DNA from: the human T2T-CHM13v2.0 reference genome, Homo sapiens
Length of the DNA stretch: 64,000 nucleotides
Assembly (NCBI RefSeq): GCF_009914755.1
Contig: NC_060939.1
Strand: one strand, 5' to 3'
The notes under the pieces are model-generated. The model saw nothing but the letters and a program-made list of their open reading frames with translations, was not told the origin of the DNA and searched no databases. How positions within the stretch are numbered: the stretch's first letter is position 1; each line of letters starts with the position of its first letter. The translations under genes were made by a program, and so were the position numbers. Shown here one piece after another: positions 28,901 to 44,189 of the stretch.

Positions 28901-30299
28901 GGCCTGTAATTAAGATCTTGCTTTTTAAATGATTAATCATTGTAACCCCTTTGAGCAGCATCCCACTTCCCACTCTTCTCACATTGAAATGCAGATCGTT
29001 GGCAAGGGAGGGAGGTGCTCCCAAGCCACTGAGGAGCAATTAAACCTTCCCAGCTGTCACTCGCCTGCCTCGTCTGCCTCCCCGGCCTGTCCAGACGCCT
29101 AGGAGGGAGAGCGCAGGGCCCCTGCTCACGGTGGCGCCAGACTCACCAGCAGCCTGGCTGGGGGGCACCGAGCCGGTCCGCCTCCAAGCCTGACCCTGGC
29201 TTGCCCTTGCGTGGCAGCCCACAAGCTGGCTTTCGGACACTCCCAGGAAATCAGATCATGTTTGCTGAGCACTTGCTAGGTGCCCACACTTTAAAAGATC
29301 TCATTCAATTTTCACAATAGCCACCTGAGAGAAATGTGAAGATGCCCATTTCCATAAAGGGGCAAGTAGAGGCACAATTTCACACAATTCACAAGTGGTC
29401 ATATCAGGATTTCCAACAAGGACTGGCTGATCCAAAACCTAGCCTTCATGTAGTTGGCAGGGGGTCATGGGAGACCTCACTGAACATGCATACACACACC
29501 ACACACGCACGCATGTGCAAAACTCTTCACCAGCTTGCAAAGGGCTCTCCGGGTTGATCTCTTTGAAGCCATTCTTGCAAACAAGTGCCATGATTTGTCA
29601 GCCTGTGGAAGTGTTTCCAAGCCTTCTTCCATTGATATATACATGCAATGACAGCACAATTTGGGGGTGGTAGGTCATTGGAGCTAGAAGGAAACTTGGA
29701 ATCCTCAGAGTCCATACGCCTTCTTACTCAAGAGGGCACTTGGGCCTGAATATCAAGAGACTTGGCCAACATCAAAGGTCACATTTGCAGCTCTTAGCAG
29801 GTGCCAGCTTCACAGTAGGCTCTCATGGATCTGTTGAATAGTAAACATGGAAAGATGTACTTCTTCCTTTAGGGCTCTACTGTTAGTTTTTTCAGAAGGG
29901 ATTTTTGTGTATTTGTGTGGTGGTGGCAGGGGTTTGGGGGCAAAGGAGCTCCATCCTTATTGACTGTTTCTGAGAAGGGGCAGGAGAGAAAGGGAGACAG
30001 TCACAAGCATGAACAGGGCTTCTGTGTGTGGTTGTGCAGACCCCTGCACAGATGTGCTGGGCTAGGAAAGTTGGAAAGGCCTTTTCGCTGCTGGCTAAGC
30101 CAAGATGTGTGCATGGCTTAGTGTACGCCTGGACCAGGGCTGGAGGAAGGGGGAAGGCCAGCATGCTGCAGAAGGAAATCCCTTCTCGATCTCCGACAGA
30201 GAGCTGATTCCAAAAGAAACCCAGACCAAAATAATCAGTGACCCCCCCTGGTTAAGATCCTAATGATAGGCTGTGGGTTGGGGGCAGCACCTGCTGCCT

Positions 30300-30830
30300 A
30301 TAGGGCAATTTGGCAAGACTGGCACCATTACGAATGCATATAAGCGTTGGCCCAGCAAGCCCCATTTTGGGGCTTTATCCTACAGGTACACTCATACTGT
30401 GAGAACTCACTTATGTGCAAGACTATTCGTTGCAGCATCATTTGTGAAAAAGGTCGGAAACCACCCAGATGAGCCTCAAGATAGGATGGGTTCAGGCGAA
30501 ACCATGTAGCTGAGTAAGAGAATGAGAATGATCTCCTTGCTCTGATAGAGAAAGGTTGCAAAGATCCCCATGACACTCTACCATAGAGAAAAACAGCATG
30601 ACATAGTGCACTATGCCACCTTTTGTGTGAAAATAAGAGTCACGTTTGCATTGTCATGCATTCTTCTTTGTACATGTTTACGTACAAAGAAGCTCTGGAA
30701 GGACACATAAGAAACTAATAACAGTGATTATCTTTTAGGGAGTGGTGAGAACTGAGCAGATGGGTGACAAGGCCATGAAGGAGACTTCTCACCGCAAAAC
30801 TTTTTTTGTACTAGATGAAAGTATTAGCTA
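30300..30830 (+). mobile_element. Old L1 (L1ME-like) fragment
   Basis: ttcgttgcagcatcatttgt; tctggaaggacacataagaaactaataacagtg. Confidence 0.55.
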
Positions 30831-30835
30831 TCCAA

Positions 30836-31133
30836 GGCCGGGGGCAGTGTCTCATGCCTGTAATCCCAGCAATTTGGGAGACTGAGGTGGTTGGATTACC
30901 TGAGGTCAGGGGTTCAAGACCAGCCTGGCCAACGTGGTGAAACCTGTGTCTACTAAAATACAAAAAACTAGCCAGGCGTGGTGTTGGCTGCCTGTAATTC
31001 CAGCTACTCGGGAGGCTGAGGCAGGAATCGCTTGAACCTGGGAGGTGGAGTTTGCAGTGAGCTGAGATTGTGCCATTGCACTCTAGCCTAGGTGACAAGA
31101 GTGAAACTCTGTCTCAAAAAAAAAAAAAAAAAA
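30836..31133 (+). mobile_element. Alu (AluS-like)
   Basis: Full length; TSD GAAAGTATTAGCTATYCAA. Confidence 0.95.
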
Positions 31134-33691
31134 GAAAGTATTAGCTATTCAAAAGGATTAATATGAATGATCTTATATGTCCTCATAGATCTGGTATAGG
31201 CTTACTTACAAGCTCCTAGAAATGTCACCCACCCCCAGCAGATGGTTCCCATTCTCTTAGCTGTACATGCCCACCCCAGTGGGTACACACTGTCATAGGA
31301 GGTGCATGCCCTGAGACAATACCACTTGTGGCCTGGCCGTGTGAGTGTCCAGGGCTGAAGGCAACGCTAAGCCTGCTCTTCACTTTCCTTCCTCAGGGGC
31401 ATCCACCCCAGTTTCCTTGGCCTTACTTAGCTGGCCTCACATCAGGTCTCACCCAATCATCCAGACATGGCTGTGGCCCCTCTTTGTCTTGCACCTCCAG
31501 AGTATCAGGCAGGTTCGTGGTCTCTGCCTCAACCATATGTATCTGTGACACATACACACGTACAATCACATGCACACAGGCTCATACACAACATGCACTT
31601 GTAAGCACACAGGCACACGCAGGCCTGGGCCCTTCCTCACATTACAGATGCCTCAGCCACAAGCAGGAACAGGGGACTGATGGGCGTGATTGACACCCAG
31701 GAGAGGAGGAGCTGGAGGAAAGGAGGGAGCTCCCCCTCCCTCTGGGCCATTGCCTAACACAGTCCTGGTCCAAAGTGGGCACTGAGGCTCCACATTCCCC
31801 AGGACTTTGGGGAGTAGGTCAAATGTGAGCTCAGGAGGCAGGCCACCCCAGGTTGGAACCCCAGCCCCACCGCCTGCTCCCGGTGTGCCAGGGCCTGCAT
31901 CCTTACATTGGCAAGTCTAGAAACCGAGGCACGGGGAAGTCAACTGACTTGCTGAAGTCCCCCAGCCGGTGAGCAGTGGAGCCAGGATTATATCTACGCA
32001 GGCTGGCTCGGAGGCTGTGATCCTCTTCACACCTCTGGCTGCCTCTAAGTCCTGTGGATCGTGGGGCTTCCTTTCAGCTTTCTGGGGCCTTCTAAACACA
32101 CCTCATCCAAGATAGGGTGAGAAATGGGTGCTTAGGAAGCAAGAGGGTTGTTATTAGGGCCATTTCTCCTCTATAGCCCCATAAGAGGTGGCTCACTGGC
32201 TTTTGTTCAGGGTCTGACACATGGTGGTCAAAGGGTCATTGGCCTGGTCCTGCTGGGCACGTTTCAGGACAAGTGCCCCTGGGTGCACGGGGTCCTCAGG
32301 AAATACCTTTGCTGCCCAAGACTGCCCAGGGATGAGGTCTCCTGAGGCAAGGGCATCCCAGAGACCACCACCATTTAGAAAGGGGCAGCCCAGTTCACCA
32401 TGCCCAGAACCAGTGCCCTATCCTGGGTCCTCATGCCCATCATGGCCCTGTCATCTCCTCCCAAGGTGGCTCTAAATGGCACAAGCCCTTCTGTCACTCT
32501 GAAAGCGCAAAACCAGGAGTGTGGTCAGGTAGAATTGTTTCCGGCTGCAAGTAATTGATGGACAGGGACTTAATGCAAACGCAGCCTTATTCATCTCACA
32601 TGGCAAGAGGGTGGTGGGCCAGGGTTGGCCCTGTGACTCAGTGATGTCAAGGAATGGGCTCAGCTTTTCTGGTAGCCGTGGGACTTGAGTCTGAGGTTTT
32701 CTTTTTGCCTGTCCCCTTACAACACATCACACCAGCCCATCAGGGATAGGGACCAGTGAACCCTAATTCGTTACAGCCAGGAGCTGTTGGAGCAAGGAGC
32801 GAATTTATCATGGATGAAAGCCTGGGTGGGGAGCCTGGTTAATACAGGGGATTCATGTGTCTCTGAGCTTGCACCCTCCCCACCATCCTGGCCTGGAGGA
32901 GAGGGAAAGGGAGGTCAGTGGCTGCTTTCTCTCCCCACCCCCACCCGCATTCCAGGACACCTCCTGGAGCTGTACTGCGCACTGGGCCAGCCCAGCCTAG
33001 ACTGTTCCCATCCTCCCTGGGTGTGATGAATGCCAGGGCTGCTTACAGAGTCACAAATTAGGTTGCCAAAGGCATCCCCGGCCTGGCCTGGAAACACCTC
33101 CCAGCTGAAAGGAGGTGCGTCTGGGCTGAGCAGACGTCTTTATTCAGCTGTAATTGATGTTTCACAGACGTCTGTAACTCCGTCTGGAGGGACACAAAGC
33201 GCCCCCACGCTTGGCCCGGGCAGCCTCTTTATGTCGCCCCTTTTCATCTGGCAGTCAAAAGTGTAGGAGCCGCCTGGGCTCTCCTGCTTGGTCCCTGGGC
33301 CAGGACAAAGGCGGGCGCTGCACACAGAGGCCACCCGGTGGGCCTTTACCTCCTGGAGTGGTCTATGCTAATCTAGCGCCAGCCCAGACCCCTCCTGCAT
33401 ATCGATGGGCGGCAGGGACCGCCGCTGAAACAGGCAGAGCCCTGGCTCACCGGGGAAGGGGTGGCTCCCAGCAGTCAGACCTCAGTCGGTGGGTCCACCT
33501 GAATCCAGACTCAGTTGGCTGAGATGGTGGGTGAAGGGACCTTGTAGCGGAGCAGGGGTTCTTAGTCCGGGACCCAGCGCCCCCAGGAGAGAGACAGGTT
33601 AACCGCCGAAATCACAGGCACTTCTATGCACAGGTCTTTTTCTCTAGGAAGAAGCTCCATATCTTTCATCAGGTGCTCAAAAGTAAGTCCT

Positions 33692-34008
<317 letters not shown>

Positions 34009-34747
34009 GTCCTACTGCTGCTGGGCTCACCCAAACTCCCATTTTACAGATTAGAAAGCGGAGGCCCAGAGAGCAGGGGCGTCTTGCCCAATGTCACATG
34101 AGAAGTTGGTGGTAGCACTTGGGGTCTTTACTTCTGCTCAAAGACTCTCTCTGCTTTGCCAGACACCACACAGTTGGGAGCTCACAGAGGACAGGCAGGT
34201 TACCACAGGGGGTCATCCAGGTTCTCCGAGGAGGGGCCAGGGAGACAAGGGAATTTGCAATGATCTGCCAGGGTAAGCCCAGTGGTGCCAGACCCTCAGG
34301 GGAAAACTTAGACTTTTAAAAAAATGGGAGATTTGCCAATTAAAAAACACTGATTCATAGCTTGCAGAGAGTAGAGTTTGAGACTTTTGTGTTTTGCCTC
34401 ACAAGGGAAGCTCCGGTGCGGCCACACAAATCCAGATTCTCCCTCTGTCCCCCTTGCCCTGAAGCCAGAAGAGGGCTGCAGTGCAGAGCTGGTGCCCAGA
34501 AACTCATGCCAGTTGGCCGTAGTGCCCTGGAGCAGGCTTGCAGCCCTCTGACTCTGTGGCTTCTGCTTTCTGTTGTCAGTCCCGATTGAGATGCCCCATC
34601 TCCAGCGACTGCAATTCCTCGCCTTTCCTGAGCCCTGCTATTTCCCAGGCTGGAGGCAGAAGTGACATGTTAGTGGCAGGGTGTGCTGGTCCCTGCAGGG
34701 TGCCCTGACCTTCCCTCTGGGCTTGGCATGATCCTGCAGCGTCCTCC

Positions 34748-34817
34748 AGAGAGGGAGAGAGGGAACGAGAGGAGACCAGAGTGGGAGAGACAGAAAAAGA
34801 CAGATAGAGACAGCCAC

Positions 34818-34866
<49 letters not shown>

Positions 34867-35165
34867 ACAAGAAGAGAGAGATAAGGAGGCAGACGTAGAG
34901 GGAGAGAAGGGAAGGGAGGCAAGGGAGCAGAGGAAGAGAGAGGAGGAGAGAAAGAAAGACGGAGGATCAGATCAATATACAGAAAGAGAGGGAGGATCAG
35001 AGAGAGAGAGAGAGACAGGAAATGGGGCTGCCTAGAGAGATAGAGAGAGACACAGAGAGACAGAGAACAAGACTGACAGGCAGAGAGAGCCAGAGACAGA
35101 GTGACAGAGAGAAGGAAAGAGACCAAGAGGAGAGAAGGTGAGAGGCCAAGGGAGGAGAGAAGGCA
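34748..35165. repeat. GA-rich low-complexity / (GA)n tract
   Basis: Polypurine tract of about 400 bp. Confidence 0.9.
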
Positions 35166-35799
35166 GGGAGCGCACAGCTTCAGGTGTGGGCAGTGCCCTT
35201 GAGGGGTGGGATGCGGGAGGGGGTGGGGGGCATGTCTCTATGGTTCTCAGGCCCTGAGGGGTGAGAATCAGCGCCCTCCCAGACGATTTGCTCTTTGCTG
35301 TGTTGCCCGGGCCAGGCCCACCTGCATCTGAAGCCCAGGTGAAGCCAGATCGACCCTTGTGCTGGGTCCACGATGCAGACTTCCAGGATTCACCTGTTCT
35401 AGACCACACTTTGAAAGGCAGAAGCGGGGCTTATGCTGGGATCCAGGGAGGCGCTGCAGATGGGAGACGCCACCTGCCCATCAAAGGAGTTTACATTTAT
35501 TTGGGAACAGGTGAGACACAATTTTTCAAATTCTTAAAATTAAAAAAAATGTTATTGGTTTTTAGGGTAACAGAACAGGAGGGGATCAAGTGAAAAATAA
35601 AATTCTCCTCCCCTACAATACCCTCAAGTACAGTCTAAGGGATGGGATTTAAAATACTGGGGGTTCCCCTATCCTTCCCTTCCCTTGGTGGGATGAGATT
35701 GGGGCTACTGGTTGGCATCACGCCATGGTGGCATCTCTTAGGAACATGAGAAATGCCAGGTCCTTCATGACACAGCTTTTCACAAGTACCCATGTGTGT

Positions 35800-35802
<3 letters not shown>

Positions 35803-35836
<34 letters not shown>
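35803..35836. repeat. (CA)n microsatellite
   Basis: Pure CA run. Confidence 0.97.
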
Positions 35837-35838
<2 letters not shown>

Positions 35839-36303
35839 TTATGCTGCAGGTACAGCCGCTGGTGTATCCCTGGTGTATCAGGCACTGATGTGCTGCTCAT
35901 AACTATGGCCTTTGGGACCCTTCACTGTCTTGTTCTCAGCAACTCAGGTGGGGGCATTTCAGGCACAAGAGAAGGATAAACAAAACTTGGCCAACAGGGG
36001 AGATGTCTGAGGGGAAAGATGAACAGATAGGCCAGGCTCATTCCTTTGTTTATTCAATGATTGAGTCCTTCTTCTAGCATTTACAGTGGTGTTTATCTTG
36101 TATGCATTTAATTGACAGTCATGTAATGATTCACGCTCAAGATGTTTTTAATAAAAAATACTGTGCAAGTATAGTTGAATATGCACTCTTTCTTGCATAC
36201 TACACATTATATATCCATGATACATTTATACATGCATATTACTGTAAAGAGTTGTATACACAATACTATGATACTATGTATACTGACTTGCTGAGCAACT
36301 TAA

Positions 36304-36629
<326 letters not shown>

Positions 36630-36759
36630 TAACCCAGTTCTATTAATAGCACTAGCCCCACCCTCTGGGGGAGGGTTCTGGGTGGTTTAAGTCATTCACA
36701 GAGGTCCCAGTCCTCACACCAGTGAGTGGTTGAGGCATCGAAGTGTGCTGTGCCATTGG

Positions 36760-37230
36760 CACAGTCAGCTACTGCAGCCTAACAAACTACTTCAAAACTT
36801 AAAATAACAGCATTTCTTTTGCTCAACACAACTGTAATTGGGGCAGGAATCAGTGAGGACGACTTGTCTCTGCCATGTGGTGTCAGGTGAGCCAAGATGA
36901 CTGGGACTGAAGGGCCCATTTCCAAGAGGGCTCACTCACATGGCTGGCAAGTTGTGCCAGCTGTAGACTGGTCACCCAGCCTAGGCTGAGGGCCAGGGGA
37001 CCCCTGCTTGGCTGGGTTCCAAAAGTGAGTGTCCCAAGAGACAAGAAGTAGAAGCTGATGGTTTTTTATGGTCTGAGCCCTAAGAAACTGGCAGTGTCAC
37101 TTCTGTCCTAGTTTATTGGTCAAGCAGGAACTTGACCCACCTAGCTCAGATTCAAGGGAGGGTATAGACCTCACGTCTCAAAGGGAGGGGTATAATTTAA
37201 GGGCGACGTTGTTAAAACTGTCATAGCCAA
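36760..37230. mobile_element. MLT1-type MaLR LTR
   Basis: aacaaactacttcaaaacttaaaataacag; ggctcactcacatggctggcaag; cagattcaaggg. Confidence 0.65.
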
Positions 37231-37489
37231 GAGAACATGGGAAGTCTATTAGGGGGATTTCTGGGAAAGGTTTCTTTGCTCTCAAAAAGAGACATAAGCA
37301 TAGCTGAATAACAATTGAGAGTCCAACATAAGAAATGAGACAATCTCAAGAAAAACAAGAAGATCATACACTTGACCCTTCATTATTATGTTTCTAATTT
37401 CATAAAATTCAGTGAAAGGAGAAGACCATTATAGTATCTTCTACAATTGTTACATTTGGGATAATAATAAAGCATACCTAAATTACATA

Positions 37490-37810
37490 TAATTGTGTGA
37501 CTTATACTTTAAAAATCCTGTAGGATTTCAATATTTGATGGAAAAACTCAATATTGTCAAGATGTCAATCCTTCCCAAATTAAAGCATATATTCAATGTA
37601 ATCCCACTGAGACTGGAATTTACAAGCAGACTCACTCATCTGGAAGAGTTCATCTGGAAAAGTCAACATGAAAAATTAACCGGGAAAAATTTGAGAGAAG
37701 AGATGTTCTTACAGGATGCAAAAGCACTTAAAAAGGGTTGTATGGTAGCACCGGTAACAAAAAATTGGAAACAACTTGAATGTCAACAGGGAAATAGATA
37801 AATAAATTAG
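37490..37810 (+). mobile_element. Old L1 ORF2 fragment
   Basis: Translates as LNIVKMSILPKL..FNVIP, typical of L1 ORF2. Confidence 0.7.
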
Positions 37811-37814
37811 AGTG

Positions 37815-38112
37815 GGGGCTGGCGTGGTGGTACACACCTGTCCTGTAATCCCAACACTTTGGGAGGCTGAGGCAGGAGGATCTCTTGAGGCCAGGAGTTT
37901 GAGACCAGCCTGGGCAGTATAGTGAGACCCTGTCTCTATTTAAAAAAAAATAAGCTGAGTGTGGTGGTGTGCACCTGTAGTCCAGCTACTTGGGCTGAGG
38001 TGGGAGGATCTTTTGTGCCCAGGCATTTGAAGTTGTAGTGAGCTATGATCACACCACTGCACTCCAGCCTAGGCAACAGAGCTCTCGCTCTGTCTCAAAA
38101 AATATAAATAAA
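37815..38112 (+). mobile_element. Alu (AluJ-like)
   Basis: Two-arm Alu with tail. Confidence 0.9.
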
Positions 38113-38124
38113 TAAGTTAATTAG

Positions 38125-38312
38125 AGCAGTAGATCTCAAACTTGAGCATACATCAGGATCACCCAGAGGCCCGCTAAAATGCAGATGGTCAGGCCCATTC
38201 TCAGTGCTTCTGAGTCAACAGGTTGGGAGGCATTCATTCAAGTGTTTGTAGCAAGTAAGTTCCCAGATGATGGTGATGCTGATGGTCCAGACCACACTTG
38301 AGAGCCACTGAA
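38125..38312. mobile_element. MER5A-like hAT MITE
   Basis: cagtagatctcaaacttgagc...ccagaccacacttgagagccactg. Confidence 0.7.
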
Positions 38313-39429
38313 TTAGAGAATGTTGTAAAACTGATAGAAACACAAGGGGGGTAAGCTGCAAAATAACATCATTTTTCAAAAAAAAAAAAAAGACTCTAGA
38401 ACTAAAATGAAACCAACATATATATATATATACACATATATATATACATACACACATATAGATATATAATTTCACTTAAAAATATGTCTGAAAAGAAGAA
38501 AGTACATGAAAGGAAGAGATGGTTATTCCTCTTCCCCTGAGCACTGCTAGGTCTGCATGTGATGCCCAGAGCTGCTTGCCACCTTTATATTGACCTCAGG
38601 TTGAAGCCAATGGCAAGAGGTGTGGAGCCGTAAGACTCACAGGAAAGCAAAACTGAATGGACTTATGAGCCTGGAATGTCCCTGGGGAGATTCTCATATG
38701 AATTCGTAAATCCTCTTATGATTTAAGCCATTTTATTGGGGTTTTCCCAATAATAATGGTCAAAACCATCTAACTCATGCAGTAATGATTATGCAGGATT
38801 GTTTGTAAAGATCAAATAAGGTCATATAAGTGAATGCTCTTTGGGGACCTTGACATATAGTAAGGTTCTCACATCCATTCACCATTTACTATACTTATTC
38901 TGGAAAAACTTTCTGAGCTGGGCCATCTGGGGACGTTATGTGGAAGTTGGCAGATGCTCTGACCTCCAGGAGCTCGGGGAACACAATGGGAGCCAGGACA
39001 AGCAAAAAGAGGAATTTAATGGCTCGTGTACCTGGGATATCTAGGGCTGGGCTGGCCTCAGGTGTGGCAGTCCCTGCTACTCAGATTATGGCAACCAGCC
39101 TTTTTCAGTGTGTCTCAGGGCTCCTCTTTGTGAGCCAGTTTTATTCTTTCCTGCTGTGTAGCGTTTCCTCCATGCTGTAGGAGAAGAACATGAATTTCAC
39201 AACCATAAACTTACTTCATACCATCTGAGCAAGCGGAGAGGAAAGACAAGGCTCCTTTTTCTCTGCCTTTGTTTACAAAATCCCAGGGAAGAAGGCTGAT
39301 TGGCCTAGCTTTGTCAAGTGCCCTTATCTGTGCCAATCACCGTGGTCAGAGGGATGGGATACCATGCTTGGCCAAACAAATGTGTGATATGTGGTTGTTT
39401 ACATACATCATTTATGATAGCTAGATATA

Positions 39430-39950
39430 GCTATCTGCAGAACAATATTATCACAAATTCAGAGGCAGGCGATGCATATATGTATTCTCTCAGCTTCTGT
39501 GGGTCAAGAATCTTGGAATGGCTGAGCTGGGCCCTCTGCAAGCCTGCAATCAAAGTATGGGTCAGGACTGGGTCCTCATCTGGAAGCTTGACTGAGGAAG
39601 GATCTGCTTCCAAGCTCATGCAGCTCTTGGCACAATTCAGTTCCTTGCATTTACAGGACTGAAGGCTCATTTTCTTGCTGGCTGTCAGCTGCCCTCAGTT
39701 TTACAGGCCACTCTCAGTTGGGCCTCAAATGGCCACCTGCTTCATCAAAGCCAGCAAGAGTGTGAAACACTCCAGCAAGACAGGTGCTACAATCTTATCT
39801 ATTTAGTTACGTAACCATGTACACAGAATCACCTGCATCCCATGCCTTTGCTGTATTCTATTGATTAGGAGCAAGTTCCAGGTCCTGCCAAACAAAAAGG
39901 AGAAAAGGTTACACAAGGGCAAGAATACCAGAAAGTGGGGGTCATCTATT
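39430..39950. mobile_element. MLT1-type MaLR LTR
   Basis: tctcagcttctgtgggtcaagaatc; gaaggatctgcttccaagctca; cttcatcaaagccagcaa. Confidence 0.7.
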
Positions 39951-40198
39951 TTTTTATACCTACATATTCATAGTTAGCATTTGTTGCCCATCTGCTATGT
40001 GCTAATTATCCCCTTTAATGCTTACAACTCACTCTGAGATAGATGTTGTCTTCCACATTTTACAGATAAGGAAACCAAGGCTCAAAGAAGTGAGGTGATC
40101 TGCCAAAGATCACACATGTAATTATTAGCAAAGATGGATTTCATTCTAAGTCTATCTAACTGCAACACATCTCCTCTTTTCCTTATATCAAGATGCTA

Positions 40199-40624
<426 letters not shown>

Positions 40625-42309
40625 TCACACATGTGCCATTGAGCCCAAGTAAATAGCTATCAGTTATGTCCTTCCCCTACGCCTGTATTTTTCTTTCTTT
40701 TGCTCCCATTTGGGTAGTCCACTCTGTACTCACTGCCATCCTGTTGGGATGGGGCTGTCCAGGAAACACAGGTATGTTACCACCTTCCTGGCTTCTGCTT
40801 CTCAATGCCTAAGCTCCTAGAAAAATTCAGATTTGTGAGCAAAGACACAATATCTTGGAGCAGCAAAGGAAGGAGGGGATTCTTCTTTCTCCAACACCCT
40901 TGGAATAGAGAAAAATTCTCCCAGGCTGGGGAGGGAAGAAAGGGGTGATCTAATGATTGGGTGTTATTACCTTAATTTACAAACTGAGATTCACAAATCC
41001 TCACAACTTTAAGGTGTGTTTCCAACCCACATCCCCTTCTCTGAGCCCTTCCTATCCCTCCTACAATGGGTTGTATATTTGTCAGGATATCAGTCTGGTT
41101 GCTGCATGAAAAGACCCACAAGAATAGGGCTTAAACACAAGTTTACTTCTCTTACATAAAAATCTGGGTGGATGGCCTAGTGCTGGAATGGTGGCCCCAT
41201 AATTATCAGGGACCCAGACTCTTTCTGTCTTGTTGCTCTGCCTTTGTTAACATGCAACTTCAATTTCATCTTCATGTCAAGGGGCAGGAAGAGAAAAGGG
41301 CTTCCTTCCTGGAGCCTGACTTAGGAAGTTGTGTACTCCACTTCCACTCATTGGCCACAGTTTGATCATGTGACCACATGCTAGCTGCAAAGGAGTTTGG
41401 GAAATGTAGTTTTATACTGAGAGGTGACATGCCCCTTTATTCTACAAATAGTTATGAAGGGTAGAATAGAGAGAGTGGGACAATTAGCAATCTCTACCAG
41501 TGGTCCTATGTGGTCCAGCCCTGTGTCCTTAGCTCTGTTTCCTTGTTGAGGAGAGTTTCAGGCATAAAAGCTTTTAATATGGTGGCTTTGCATCTGTTGG
41601 TGCCTTCAGGAAACAAGAAAAGAGTGGACAGGGGCCAAAAGCCATGTCCAAGTGTATCAGCAAGCAAGGAAAGGAGGGTCAGCATGGGGGTCCTGCTAGG
41701 TGTTCTGCACCCAAAGCAAGTTCCAGGGGTGAAAGCCTTGTCCACTCTTACTGCCTGCCATCCTGATTGGTTGTGCTGTGCCCAGACCCCTCACTCTGGT
41801 TATCCCCTTCCCCAACTCGAAGAACAACTTTCCAACTTTTTTTTGGTGTGTAAGGTGGCAGGGGGTTTCTAGGCTGAGGAAAAAATTCTGTAGGTAGGAT
41901 CTGGGTCTTCTACTCTTATAGCCCATGCTCAAATAAGGGAAGAATGCAGCAGGTTGTAGGTTTAGGTCCTGTAAGTCCTGCATCAGAATTAATGCCCAAG
42001 CCCCTCAGTATGTCCATTGTCTTAATTCACACGCCTGCCACCCACATTCACAGCCTGCACGTCGCTGACCTGGGTCAGTCCCAGAAAAGCCTCATAAGTG
42101 TTCATAGATGGCATCTTTGCTTGCTAACCTCTACCTCATTCTCCCAGTGTAGCCAAAGTGAATGCATGCATTCATTCTTTCACTCATTCATGCAACAAAT
42201 AATGATCAATCCTGCAATGTGCCCAGCTCATCCCTTGGCAGATGGGGTCTCTGCCCTTGTGGAACTGGGGAGACTGGCCGTTAGCTAATGGCACAGAGAA
42301 GTACACCAT

Positions 42310-42453
42310 CACGGGTGCCTGTAATCCCAGCTACTCAGGAGGCTAAGGCAAGGAGAATCTCTTGAATCCAGGAGGCAGAGGTTGCAGTGAGCTGAGATCA
42401 CACCACTGCACTCCAACCTGGGTGGCACAGTGAGATTTTGTCTCAAAAAAAAT

Positions 42454-42500
<47 letters not shown>
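42310..42500 (+). mobile_element. Alu right arm with (CA)n tail, inserted in an L2 fragment
   Basis: tgcctgtaatcccagctactcaggagg..., followed by (CA)n at 42457-42499. Confidence 0.88.
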
Positions 42501-42503
<3 letters not shown>

Positions 42504-43079
42504 AAAAGAAGTGTAGCAACACAAACTTGATTACTGCTATGGAGAAAAAGTACAGGGTACAAAAAAGGCACATGTAGCAATGGAAAAAAATGGAATGGGA
42601 TAGGGTATGTAAAACATTCTAGGCATCAGGCACAGCCTGTGCAAAGGTCCTGAGGCAAAACCGAGTGTGACTAATTCCTAGAATTAAATGAAGCCTTGAG
42701 GTTGGTATCCCCAACAGCGAGGGGGGAGTGGAGAATGCTGTTCCCGATCCTGTCACCCCTACTGCTTAAAACTCTTCAATGACTCATTCCCATTAGCTTT
42801 AGTATAGGATCCACATTTGCCCTTGTTTAGGTCCCTGCCTTCCCCTCCGGCCTCATGCCTCACCACTCCTGACCTGGATGTTCTGTTGCCTCCCAGGCAC
42901 TGGACCCTCCATCCCCAATCCTTTGCCTGAGTAACTCCTACCAGTCTTTCAGGACTCAGCTTAGACATCATAGTCTCTAGAAAGCTGGACTGGATATTCT
43001 CCTGTTTGCCCCTTCAAATCTAACTGCTCTCTGTAGGTTTTGCCAGGAGGGAGGGAAGTGAGGTCAGGGGCCTGTTCTG

Positions 43080-43270
43080 CAAGTTAGCTGTGTGGCTGTG
43101 GGTAAGTTACTCAACTTCTCTGTACTTCAGTTTCTTCATGAGGTAAAATGGAGATAATAACTGCACTGACCTCATAGGATTATTGTGAAGATTAAATGAA
43201 TTAATAATATATGTAAAGTGCCTAGAGCTGTGCCTGGCACATAGAAGTGCCTTGTGTTTGCTGTTATTGG
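43080..43270 (+). mobile_element. MIR
   Basis: tagctgtgtggctgtgggtaagttactcaac...ctcataggattattgtgaagattaaatga. Confidence 0.85.
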
Positions 43271-44189
43271 TCTTTAGTCTTCTCCTGTCCTGGACTGGGT
43301 ACTATGTCATTGGTTTCAGTCTTGCCTCTCCTCACAGGACTGGGGAACTTTAGGGTCAGAGTGCCTGCGCCTCCCTGCACTCCTGCCTCCTAGTACTTTG
43401 CCCAGTGGAAGTCATATGGTAACTGCCTAACCAGTTGTATTTGCTCTAAGAAGAATGAATTTCTGGCCATCATCCCATATGGAAGTAAACATGAACTCTG
43501 GCCTTTTCTCCCAGCTGGGGGATAAGGGGTTCTGATCTCTGAGATCTCTCTCCACACCCTGACTCCCAATACCACCCTGCACCCCAGCCTCCTGCCAGCT
43601 GGCAGCAGGGCAGATCCCAATGGCCCTGAAATGGAACAGTGAGGGGCACTGGTGGTGAGGGTAGGGTGGGTGGTGAGAACAGTGGCCTTGTGAACACCTG
43701 TGGACAGGGGGCTCTTCACATTCACAGGGAAACTGACAACCCAGGTGGGTCCAGAGGGAAGTGGCCAGGGTGGACAAGGCCTTCAAATCTGAGAAACAGA
43801 GTTGTTGGGGTTGCCACCCCCAGGGAAGAGAGGAGGAGTCTTTACATGCTGAAGGGGGACCTGGGGAGGAGAGAAGACCCTTTCTGAGTAGCCCAGGAGG
43901 CAGGGAAATGCATGCACTGCAGGTTCTGTGTCTGGACTGATAACCATTGTTCCTAATGACCTTTGTTCCTGAGCAATGTGTCCAAGGCTTGACACTGCTG
44001 TGTGCCACAGCCCCATGCTGACAGTGACCACAGCACACACCCCAATGAGCTAGTGCTAACCGTCCCCTGACAGTGCCCTCCCTTGGTTATCTTAGTCTTC
44101 TGCATCCTTAATGCATCATACAGAACTGGGGTGGGGGGACAGCCAGTTCCTGTTTGCTGGTTGAAGGAAGGAATGAACGGGGGCATCAT

